A stretch of DNA of 56,194 nucleotides, from the NCBI GenBank assembly GCA_001662655.1, contig KV460237.1. The stretch is one strand, 5' to 3'. The notes beneath the pieces are model-generated. The model ran no database searches, was not told the DNA's origin, and worked only from the letters and a program-made list of their open reading frames with translations. This DNA comes from Pseudogymnoascus verrucosus (lineage: Eukaryota). The position numbers were made by a program, and so were the translations under genes. Shown here one piece after another: positions 46,867 through 56,194 of the stretch (its first letter is position 1; each line of letters begins with the position of its first letter).

Positions 46867-49800
46867 ATGAGAACCCCACCTCTCTGGCTCGCCCTGGCCC
46901 ACGTCTTACTTCATGCCAACGCACAACAACTCCCCTATAACCCAACATCTATCTTCCTGGCGCCCAACAATGAGCAGGCCTACATCCTGCTACCTCCTTC
47001 CTCCAGCGCCCCTGCCGGCGAGCTGCTCGCCCTTAACATCTCCTCGCGCATCGATGTAGCGAAGCTCTCGCCGACCGTCCTCTCGAAGAGTTTGCCATTC
47101 TTAGAGGGGAGCAACGATGGTATCGCGTACGTACCGGCGATGAAGCCGTCCGGTGACATCGGTGTGTACGCAGGTTCATGCGCGTCGAACTCGTCCGTGT
47201 GGACATACAGCTCGGGGAGCGCGAAGCCAGGAAAGTGGTCCGAGACAGCGGTATCCGACTCCGCTGCCACCACATCGTCAGAGCTGCACAATACAAACTT
47301 CCTCGCGGCAGGCCTCTACTTCTCGACAAAGCCAGAGGCAGATGCCGCGAACACGCCGATGTTCGTGCTAGGCGGGATGTGTCCCACGGTTGCGAACACC
47401 AACGCAAGCACCTGGCAGGCCTCGGCAAACTACACGAACTCTCTGCTCAAGCTCACGCCCCCCAAATCCACAGGCTCTGCCGCGCCATACACCGTATCTC
47501 TTGGCGCCGCGGACGGCCAAAAGCTGGTACCGGAGGCTGGCCACACGATCACCTCCCTGGCACCAACACTCGCGAACGCGAGCTCCTCGGCGGGCGCAGA
47601 TTACGTCCTCATCGGCGGACACACGGCTGGTGCATTCATTGGGATGGACCGCGTGGGGGTCCTAGCCCTGCCGGAAGGGACGTGGACGTTCCAGTCCGTC
47701 AGCGCGCGTGCTTTTCTGGGAGGAGGAGAGCTGGCAGTAATTAGGGCGTCCGGGGGTGGGATGCCAGATTCCAGGTCGGGGCATACGGCGCTGTTGAGTG
47801 GGGATGGGGGGAGAATTGTAGTGTTTGGGGGGTGGGTGGGAGATGTGAATACGCCTGCGGAACCGCAGCTGCTGGTGCTGCAGCTTGGCGGGGATGGGGA
47901 GTGGTCTTGGGAGGTTCCGAAAGCCGCGGGAAGTGGCCTTGGTGGAGGGGAGGGGATTTATGGGCATGGTGCTGTTATGCTTCCTGGTGGCGTCATGATG
48001 GTTGTCGGTGGACACACGATTTCGTCTGCGCCGTCGAAGGAGAAGCGGGCGGATAGCAAGTTTCAGACGTTGCTTCTCGATACTACAACTATGGCTTGGG
48101 TTAACAACTATACGAATCCTTCGTTTTCCAGCCCGAATCCTACTGCTACGGCCGGTACAACCGATCCAGCGGCGCCGAGCGGAGACGACAACTCGAGGAA
48201 AGTGAAAATCGGAGTAGGTGCGGGTATTGGTGGAGTGGTGGCGATAGCAATTGCCGTCCTCTGTATCTGGTACGCGCGGAGGGCTCATGCCAAAAGAGTT
48301 GGGGAGAGACACCAGAAGCTCCATGCCCTCAGCCAGGCAGCGCATTGCGAGGGACGAGACTCGTTTTATGGGCCATACAACGGTGAGATGGTTCAGAGGC
48401 AAAATAGTCAGAATCTTGGGAACCGGAGCATGAGTGTTGGGGGGGGGAATGCCGGCGGTGCAGCGTATGAGGCTCTCTCATATGGCGGTTATGATTACGA
48501 GGATGACGGGAATCTAAGCTATGTTGTTCCGGCACAGAGGAGCAGCTTCACTATACCGCGGAAGCCAACAAGCTCGAGGAATGCACGTGGATACAGTCAG
48601 CCGCCGCTAGTGTCGACGAATCAGTATTCTAGCTTTGACTTCGGGACGAACCACACGAGGGCGAATAGTCTGGGGACTGCGGGCACGATCCACCCTATTT
48701 ACGAAGCGGACGAGGATAATGATATTGCTGACGCTGGGTTGTTAAATGTCGGCCAGGCTGTTGAATACCCTCCATCGTCCTCGAATGATCACTCCGATCC
48801 GTTCACCGAGCCGCATCAAGTTTCAACGGGGGATATACACCCTTATCAGCTCCACCCCCCCGCCAATCCTAACTCATTAGACCGCAACACTCCCTCGCCA
48901 GACTCGCCCGCCAAAGAACGCGAGCGCGAAGTCGACGAATGGGTCGCTGACTGGGCCGCCGCCGACGCCCTTATGAGAAGCCATTCTCGCTCCCAATCCC
49001 TCACACAAAGCGGGCGCCTTAGCCCAAGCAAAGAATCCACCTCTGGACGCACAGCGAGCAACCTCAGCGAGCAGAGCGCCGTGACCCTCAGCCGCAGCGG
49101 CAGTCAAGCCACCCGGAGCAACTCCCTCACCGCCTTCTTCACAGGCGGCGCCGCCGGATGGAACCCCTTCGCATCATCTGGCGCTGCCGGGCCAACATCA
49201 GGCACCGTTGCGCGCCGCGTGGAGTATGTCCACGGCGGATACGGGCCAAGCAGCGGCCGCGTGACCGCCGAAGGATACTACACCAACGGGTCCATCAGCC
49301 CAACATCTGACCGCTCGGGCGGCACGCTGACGGCCCCGCCACCGCGTAGCGCAGGTAGCGGTAGCATCAGCGGAGGCTCAGCCAGCTTCGTCACCGCGCA
49401 GTCGGGGGGGAGCTTTCCGGCCTTACGCGTCGAGGCAGAGTCACTGCTCCCACGGCCGGGTGAGTGGGAGTCTGGAAGCCCAAGTAAAAGCAAGGGACTC
49501 AAGAAGCCGCCCGGATGGTTGGGGAGTTTAAAAAAGGTGTTTGGACAGGAGGAGTGGGTGAGCGGGCCTGGTGTGGACGAGGCGGAGAGATATGTTGATT
49601 CCCCATCACCTACCCGTGCGGCCTTTGGGAGTGAACCCTATCGCGACGACGATACAGTGCCGAGGCGCGCGGCGAGCGCGGGGTCGATGCTGTGGCGGCG
49701 GAAGCAGGGAAGAGGGGACTGGGAGGATAGCGCTGACGAGGGTACAGTGGGGCCTCGGCCGTACTCGGTTGCGGGACTGGAGACGGCGCCACCAGGGGAG

Positions 49801-50178
49801 GAAGAGGAGTGGGATGTCGAGAAAGCAGTGAGGGGCAGGGTGGTACAGGTTATGTTTACAGTGCCGAAGGAGAGGTTGCGCGTGGTGAATCAGGATGAGG
49901 GCGTAGAGGATGATGAAAGCGATATTGGGATGCAGAGGGAAGGAAGTCCCACTAGAGAGGGGCGCGATGAAGAGGGTAGGATGGCGACACCAGAGCAGGA
50001 GGACGGGAGGGCCTCGCCGCTGACTCCCATCAAGAGGATTGCCTCGCCACAGACGCCGTCCAATAAGGCAGCTCCTGACACTCATCTGTCGAGTCGGTCT
50101 ACATCGCCAGCAAAGAGCTTGAGAGGGAAGAGGGTCCAGGAGATTGTGGATCAGATGGAAAGGAGGGGGAGTATGTGA
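46867..50178 (+). CDS. Single-pass membrane protein with an extracellular Kelch/galactose-oxidase-like beta-propeller and a long Ser/Pro/Gly-rich cytoplasmic tail
   Basis: Signal peptide. Kelch-like repeats MFVLGG, AGHT...VLIGG, RSGHTA...IVVFGGW and IYGHGAV...MMVVGG. TM segment IGVGAGIGGVVAIAIAVLCIWY followed by ARR. C-terminal motif VVQVMFTVPKERLRVVN. Confidence 0.85.
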   Translation: MRTPPLWLALAHVLLHANAQQLPYNPTSIFLAPNNEQAYILLPPSSSAPAGELLALNISSRIDVAKLSPTVLSKSLPFLEGSNDGIAYVPAMKPSGDIGVYAGSCASNSSVWTYSSGSAKPGKWSETAVSDSAATTSSELHNTNFLAAGLYFSTKPEADAANTPMFVLGGMCPTVANTNASTWQASANYTNSLLKLTPPKSTGSAAPYTVSLGAADGQKLVPEAGHTITSLAPTLANASSSAGADYVLIGGHTAGAFIGMDRVGVLALPEGTWTFQSVSARAFLGGGELAVIRASGGGMPDSRSGHTALLSGDGGRIVVFGGWVGDVNTPAEPQLLVLQLGGDGEWSWEVPKAAGSGLGGGEGIYGHGAVMLPGGVMMVVGGHTISSAPSKEKRADSKFQTLLLDTTTMAWVNNYTNPSFSSPNPTATAGTTDPAAPSGDDNSRKVKIGVGAGIGGVVAIAIAVLCIWYARRAHAKRVGERHQKLHALSQAAHCEGRDSFYGPYNGEMVQRQNSQNLGNRSMSVGGGNAGGAAYEALSYGGYDYEDDGNLSYVVPAQRSSFTIPRKPTSSRNARGYSQPPLVSTNQYSSFDFGTNHTRANSLGTAGTIHPIYEADEDNDIADAGLLNVGQAVEYPPSSSNDHSDPFTEPHQVSTGDIHPYQLHPPANPNSLDRNTPSPDSPAKEREREVDEWVADWAAADALMRSHSRSQSLTQSGRLSPSKESTSGRTASNLSEQSAVTLSRSGSQATRSNSLTAFFTGGAAGWNPFASSGAAGPTSGTVARRVEYVHGGYGPSSGRVTAEGYYTNGSISPTSDRSGGTLTAPPPRSAGSGSISGGSASFVTAQSGGSFPALRVEAESLLPRPGEWESGSPSKSKGLKKPPGWLGSLKKVFGQEEWVSGPGVDEAERYVDSPSPTRAAFGSEPYRDDDTVPRRAASAGSMLWRRKQGRGDWEDSADEGTVGPRPYSVAGLETAPPGEEEEWDVEKAVRGRVVQVMFTVPKERLRVVNQDEGVEDDESDIGMQREGSPTREGRDEEGRMATPEQEDGRASPLTPIKRIASPQTPSNKAAPDTHLSSRSTSPAKSLRGKRVQEIVDQMERRGSM

Positions 50179-50459
50179 GTTTTTGCTCTCAGGATTCACG
50201 TAGGAGAATTACAGGGGATGTTCGGGGGTCTGGTTGGGGATTTAGGGGCGTTGGATGTTTCTGGTGCTGGCCAACTTGGCGTTAAGATTTAGCGGGTGAA
50301 AGATGATTTATAGGATATTGTAGAATCTTGGGACAATTTCTATTAAATTGAGAGTATGGAAATTATTTTCCTCAAGATGCCTTTTGCATTTCGGGCCATA
50401 GTGAATATTCTACCGCACCGAAATACACTGTCACGCGTCGAACTTTTCTCGCCTCCTTA

Positions 50460-51142
50460 TTACAATGTTCTATCAATTTTTAGGGGAGACTGAAACCAAC
50501 AATTCCAATCTAACTGGCATTGCGGTGCATATAGCCGGCGACATGGTGCATTTAGGGCGTATATTGTGCTAACTGTCGACTTGATATAGCTCTCGGTTTG
50601 TTCCACTGGCGTCGGTAGGCTCTCGCGACAATTGTCGTCCATGAAGAGAAAGCAGCATATCCGGGAGCGGTTGAGAATGCCCGGCTCTTCCACCATGTGC
50701 AAAGGATTGATATTTCTACGGACAGGTAATATCCAATCCCGGTTATCAAGCTTAACGCAAACCTACGAAGTACTGCGCGAGCCACAGTTCACAATGTGTG
50801 AAATCTCGAGCGCTGGATTTAGTTGTGTGCCATACATATGGCGAAAAGTAACCCGATGTACTAGCATTTTGACATTTTGATATCGAACTATAAATAGTGA
50901 GATGGGCGAATTAATGAGAGGCTGCTGTACCCACCTTGGCTGTAGCCATCATGAGTTGCGGCATATGGAGAGAAGATTGGAGCAGGTCCCCATTTTCCCT
51001 TGAGAATGTCTTCCTTTGTTTGGCGTCTTATCTCGACCGGGATATGCCCATTATTAACCCAGAACTTAGGACTGTCAACAATCTGCTGCACCGCTTCTGT
51101 GAGCTGTTGCTGAGTTAAGTTGTTTAATCGGTCCGTGGCCAT
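50460..51142 (-). CDS. His-Cys-box / His-Me-finger homing-endonuclease-like protein (194 aa); exons 51142-50935, 50887-50767, 50715-50460
   Basis: Two short GT-AG introns (47 and 51 nt) join three segments in phase (208+121+256 = 585 nt). The product reads ...GYSQVRYQNVKMLVHRVTF...EISHIVNCGSRSTSNINPLHMVEEPGILNRSRICC...CRRLYAPQC. This resembles the I-PpoI core [29 protein letters not shown] (recalled, not searched). Confidence 0.75.
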
Positions 51143-51432
51143 CGTGTCATCTTTCGGAGTGTGCAAATATCAGAGTGGAAGCAATACAACAAACGAAGAC
51201 GAGAAGGTTTTCACAGAGAGAGATGTCTATTTTATATATGGAAGAGTTATGTCTATAAACTGTATCTCGTAGCTTCCTTGGCGTTTCGTAGTTATGTCCG
51301 TTTGTTAATCTACCGAACCGAGACGAAACTTCAAGGGTAAAGGATAAAGATATCAAATAAAGGTTGCCTACCTGAGACAAATCTTGGGACGAAAGGGGAT
51401 AAAGTTATCGAACAGGGCTTTGCCTACCTGAT

Positions 51433-52271
51433 TCACCAAGTTAAGTTACTATTTCTTGATTCCTCTCGAATCAATTCGTCGACTTCAAGTTCAATTGCTC
51501 TCCTTCGTTCTGTTGCGATGTTATCTCTCACCCCAGCAACCCCACCGTCTTGTGCCTCACCATCGAGACCCCCGGGTATGGAGCTGTCACTCCAATCCGC
51601 AAACTGCAACTCCTCATCAACGATCCTCACCTCAGACCTCGGCCGATCAGCGATACGGCGAGCGCGCTCCTCGCTAGTCTCCCAAGGGCCACCCGTCTCC
51701 CGGTCTATATTGAACTCACACCGGCACACCGGACATGTGCTGTTATCATTCAACCGGCGTAGGATACAGGAGACTCCGAAGATGTGTCGATGGTCGCAAG
51801 GAAGGTGGACGGGAAACTCGCTTTGTCCCAGGCGTCGGGGTCGAAGGCACAGTCGGAGAGCGGGCCGCCACATATTGCACACTCGGCGCTATTCTCGGGC
51901 AGCTCAGCAACGCGGACAACGTGGACGAGCTCGGGTCTGAATGTTATCGGGCTATATAGTGAATACGTTGGTTGTTGTGGGTGGCTGTAATGGTCCGACG
52001 TGTTGACTAACAGGGTTCGGCGGCGTGCGCGGGTGCCGGTTTGCTCGCCGAGGGCATCGTGAGGGGCGAAAAAGCGGCTACTGGCTGTGGCGGCCGGGGA
52101 CGGGGGAGGAGTGGGTTGAACGGGGTGACCCATGCAGGCTGGGCACTCATATTCGATAGAGAAGCGGATTGGAGCACCGCCTGCAAACACGCAAATAGGG
52201 ATGGCGCAGGGTGCTCTGTGGATGTAGTAGTGGCCGCACCAACAGTAGAAGTCCTGGGAAAACCAACACAT
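51433..52271 (-). pseudogene. RING-finger protein gene split by an apparent frameshift inside the RING domain (near 51830)
   Basis: The first frame has an N-terminal CxxxxxxxCWCGH...C...C...CPAC module and the RING start ECAICGG. The second frame carries EFPVHLPCDHRHIFGVSCILRRLNDNSTCPVCR. I found no plausible intron that restores the frame. Confidence 0.65.
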
Positions 52272-53494
52272 CTTGCCTGGCCGGGCGATGTGGATATAAA
52301 AAGAAAATGCTTACCTGTGGTTGCACCTGACTTACCTTGATCCGGTGGGCAGATGGATTTGCTTGGCTTTCGGAGGATTTGAGATGCGCCGAAGCAAGCT
52401 TTTATGCAACTTTTCACAACAAAGGGAAGAATGGTCCCTTACTCGTGGCAGGCGAACAGAGAGTATCATTGCCGTCTCACACAGGAAGAGGCTCCGTGAA
52501 AGCACGATGCGAAACAATCCGTCTTTGTCGTTGAGTGACGAAACGGACGACAAAGGGGATTGCAAAAGACACAATGGCACGACGTGTTTGAGGAGAGAAA
52601 GGCCGGGACTCACCGCTTTATTCTTTCGCTCCTTCCCGAGACAGGAAGCTCTTGAACGGGCCATTCGCACCTTCCTCGGTTCCTGGAGATGCTCAACAGT
52701 TTCATTGTGAACGGCCGACAGGTATGGTTTGAACTGTTCGCACCATTGAAGGCGGTTATTTACCTTCATCCTCCACCCTCAGCACATCAGACCACACACA
52801 ACAGACCAGAGAAAAGGTTGAAGGTTGACGAAAACTGAAGGCTGAGGATGAAACGACGATGTTGACATTGACTTTCGGCCGCCGTCCCACATGCCATCGA
52901 CGCCAACGTCACGTGTGGGGTCGGCGTTAAGCGGGCCGAGGGCGGCCAAGTCACGCCTTATCTCCTGATAGCGTCCCTGGCCGAGAAACTTTCGTGCAAA
53001 GTAGGTCTTTAGCCTCTCCATTAGTGCTCTACGGCGGTCCACTTAACCCTCTTTGCCCCTTCCTCGACCCTCTCTCCTCTCTGGCGCCCCCCACCCTTCA
53101 CTCCACCCTCCACCCCCTGGCCCACCCCATGTCCCACTTCACGTCCCGTTCTTGGCGAATGGTGCACAAACCTCCATGAATGACGTGATGCCGCCACAAA
53201 CGCAGTGCCGACGCAGCGCCTCGGGCCAATCTTATTCCTTTCCACGCTGATTTTCGCCGTGGGGGGGTTATCGAGGCGGATACACGCTACGACACACTAC
53301 CTTAGTCGGCAGACGCAGGCAGGGCTGTAGTTGGCTTCGCTGGCTTCGCCGAACGGGGATGCGATGGTGCTATCCCAGTCACGGCGCTATGGCGCTATGT
53401 GCTCGTAGGAAGGCGGGTCAGAGCAGATATATAGTATCGCCGTGTCCCTCGCTAGCCACACGGCCTCACCTTGATATCCCATCACCCCAGCAGC

Positions 53495-55108
53495 ATGGCC
53501 GAATATCGAGGGCCAACAACCAAGGACGCGTCCTCGCTGGAGGACCAGACTGACCATGACGTGAGCAGCACGAGCGAGCGGGTGGATCCGGACAGCGGCG
53601 TGAGGCGCGGCCTCAAGACCCGGCATCTCAGCATGCTCGCATTGGCGGGGATTATTGGGCCCGGCTTGCTCGTGGGCGCGGGCGGCGCGTTACACCAGGG
53701 AGGCCCTGCGCCGCTGCTGATCGGCTTTGGCGTCATCGGCATCATCGCGTTCAGCATCATGCAGTCCCTCGGCGAGATGACAACGCTGTATCCCAGCGGG
53801 GGCGCATTCACCAAACTCGCGGACCGCTTTGTCGACCGGGCCTTCGGCGCCGCGGTCGGCTGGAACTATTTTATCATTTGGGCCGCGGTGTTGGCGAACG
53901 AGTACAATGCCATCTGCTCCATCTTCAACTTCTGGAGCGACAAGGTCCCGCTGTGGGGCTACTTCCTGCTCTTCTGGTTCTTCTTCCTCGGATTCCAGTT
54001 GCTCGGCGTGGAGGCCTTTGGAGAGGCGGAGTTCTGGCTCGCGCTGGTCAAGCTGGCGGGCCTGGTCGCGTACTTCATCTTCTCCATCATCTATGCGGCG
54101 GGAGGGCTGAAGGGGCAGACGGAGCCCCTCGGCTTCAGGTACTGGCACGACCCGGGCGCATTCACGGACGGCTTCCGCGGCGTCGCATCCGTCTTCGTCT
54201 TCTGCGCAACTTTCTATGCCGGCTGCGAGTCCATCGCCGTGGCCGCGACAGAGACCAAGAACCCGTCCGTCGCCGTGCCGCTCGCGATCCGCCAGGTCTT
54301 CTGGCGCATTCTCTTCATCTACATGGGCAGCGCCTTCTTCTTCGGGCTCACGTGTCCCGCCAACTCGCCGCAGTTCTCCGAGGCGGCGCGCGCCCTCAAG
54401 TCGCCCATGAGTATCGCCATCCAGAACGCCGGCTGGTACGGTGGCGTCCATCTCATCAATGCCTTCATCTTTGTCACGTGTCTGTCCGCCATCAACTCCT
54501 CGATCTACATAGGCAGCCGTACCGTGCTCTTTATGGCGCAGGACGGCAAAGCCCCCGCTATCCTGGGCAAGACTAACAAGCGCGGCGTCCCCACCGCCGC
54601 CATTGTCTTCACCAACCTCTTCGGTGCGCTGTCCATGATGAATGTCTCCACCGGCGCCGCCACGGCCTACAGCTACATCGTCAATCTGTCGGGCGTGTCG
54701 ACCTTTCTGGTCTGGGGCGCAATCTCCTTTATCCACATCCGCTTCCGTAGCGCTTGGGCCGTCCAGGGACGCCGCGTCGAAGACCTCCCCTACCGGTCGT
54801 GGCTGTACCCGTACAACGCCTGGTTTGGGCTCGGCGCGAACATCTTCCTCGCACTGATTCAAGGTTGGACTACGCTGGCGCCATTCACGGCTGGCACATT
54901 CGTGGATGCGTATATCCTGCTCGTGCTGTTCCCGGTCATTTTCGGGGTCTTTAAGTGGGTGAACAAGACGGAGTGGCAGAAGATCGAGGATGTGGACCTG
55001 GATCATGGCCGCCGTGCCGATGTGGACATCGCGAGTGTCGAGGACGAGAATACGGTGGATACGGGGAAGGGGAGGTCGCTGTGGAGAAAACTTTGGCAGG
55101 GATTCTAG
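53495..55108 (+). CDS. Amino-acid permease (APC superfamily, yeast amino-acid transporter family), intronless
   Basis: RGLKTRHLSMLALAGIIGPGLLVG, SLGEM, RFVD, FGEAEFW, GFRYWHDPGAF and ETKNP...VFWRILFIY; about 12 hydrophobic segments. Confidence 0.95.
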   Translation: MAEYRGPTTKDASSLEDQTDHDVSSTSERVDPDSGVRRGLKTRHLSMLALAGIIGPGLLVGAGGALHQGGPAPLLIGFGVIGIIAFSIMQSLGEMTTLYPSGGAFTKLADRFVDRAFGAAVGWNYFIIWAAVLANEYNAICSIFNFWSDKVPLWGYFLLFWFFFLGFQLLGVEAFGEAEFWLALVKLAGLVAYFIFSIIYAAGGLKGQTEPLGFRYWHDPGAFTDGFRGVASVFVFCATFYAGCESIAVAATETKNPSVAVPLAIRQVFWRILFIYMGSAFFFGLTCPANSPQFSEAARALKSPMSIAIQNAGWYGGVHLINAFIFVTCLSAINSSIYIGSRTVLFMAQDGKAPAILGKTNKRGVPTAAIVFTNLFGALSMMNVSTGAATAYSYIVNLSGVSTFLVWGAISFIHIRFRSAWAVQGRRVEDLPYRSWLYPYNAWFGLGANIFLALIQGWTTLAPFTAGTFVDAYILLVLFPVIFGVFKWVNKTEWQKIEDVDLDHGRRADVDIASVEDENTVDTGKGRSLWRKLWQGF

Positions 55109-55705
55109 GCGTAAGGGAGGAGTCCTGGAGGAACAGTTCCAAGGCGTAGTCCTAATGAGAGCAATTAGAGCGTGGCGTGGATTGACATATACCCGGCTTT
55201 GACCCAGGCGCGAATTTGCTGTGCGCAGTTGTATTGACACTATTAGATGTACCACAGCCTAAATTATTGGAACGACAAATGATATGGCTCGTTTCCGCTT
55301 CACGTGCTATAAATGTCTGTTCAGTTTGTGATGGATGCGAGATGGATAGCTTTGAAATGTGATGCTTCTGACATGTGGACGCCCTAACTGTCACATGGCT
55401 TCGATCGATGCCACCACAATGTTGCCCGGAAAAACAACTTCACATCGTGTGTTCTTCTAGCGTACAAATCTATCGGTATACATGATGGTACCAGGTTGCA
55501 AAATTATAACCACTGCGCCCCCAACAGTTGGGGTCCATTGCCGCGAGTAGCAAGCCACACGAGCTAACAAATCAATTTGTAAGGATGCCTTCTTACTCGG
55601 GTCAGTTACGGTCATCACGTGACGCCCTCGAGACTCGGGGCCGTTACGGTTCAGTCGCGACTGCGAGCCTTAGGCACATCGCGCAAGGAAGCCTTAGGCA
55701 AACAG

Positions 55706-55729
55706 NNNNNNNNNNNNNNNNNNNNNNNN
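55706..55729. other. Assembly gap (24 N)
   Basis: Run of N characters. Confidence 1.
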
Positions 55730-56194
55730 TAACTTGCAGGCTAGTCCTAGGTCTTAAGGATGTCAGAATCACATAGTGATTAAAAATCAGAGGAACACTA
55801 TGTTGGGTGAAAAAATGGTATAATAGAATAACGCTATGGAGGAAACATGAAGCTAGGGCAGAAGGCCCTAAAATATCCTATAGTTTAGCAGTTGTCCTAG
55901 TCGCGGCTACCTGTATGCTATAGCGCGTTCCGCACGCTAGATAAAGAAACAAAGAAATACGTTAAATAAAGAGAATAAAGAAATCCCTATAATAAAGACA
56001 GTAGGCATCAACCTGTGACTGCTGGTGCCTTTAGTAACAATACCCCTATTCTAGCAAGTGAAAACTTCATCCTAGCCGCGTCCCTTTTTACAAAACGCCA
56101 GCCAAATGGGTGCGATTTTGAGGGCACTTATACGTCGGAGCGTTTTCTGACGAGTCGCAGTGTTAGAAGGGGTCAATGGGTATATAGAAGGGGC
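55730..56194. repeat. Possibly RIP-degenerated repeat or transposon remnant beyond the gap
   Basis: Visibly TpA-rich (many CTAG/TAG/TAA), no ORFs, adjacent to an assembly gap. No diagnostic TE motif recognised. Confidence 0.3.

Noticed and set aside
52332..53250. Several short ORFs between the RING gene and the permease
   Set aside because: No consistent frame, motif or splice model was found; possibly a remnant, but unsupported.

Overview
Eukaryotic DNA from a filamentous ascomycete (Pezizomycotina). This is inferred from short GT-AG introns with CTRAY branch points, a CYT-18-type mitochondrial TyrRS and a GH7 cellobiohydrolase. The window has a backbone of ordinary genes: succinate-semialdehyde dehydrogenase, a LigD-type 3'-phosphoesterase, mitochondrial TyrRS, a GH36 Sip1-like glycosidase, GH7 Cbh1, a kinase-like protein, an ABCC transporter, CAF-1 subunit B, MSH6, glutaminyl cyclase, a Kelch-like membrane protein and an amino-acid permease. 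Accessory patches lie between them. Four signals stand out that the ORF track shows only partly or not at all. (1) A head-to-tail array of five divergent paralogous genes for ~70-aa secreted 8-cysteine peptides at 3.6-7.0 kb: three intact, one with a single in-frame stop, one decayed. (2) A tRNA-like Pol III gene at 7.7-8.0 kb whose two halves are separated by a ~265-nt structured insert. (3) A second Pol III-type unit at 44.2-44.5 kb with a degenerate tRNA leader, a structured body and a T7 terminator. (4) A free-standing, intron-split His-Cys-box (I-PpoI-like) endonuclease-domain gene at 50.5-51.1 kb, next to a frameshifted RING-finger gene. All calls come from reading the sequence by eye; no searches were run.
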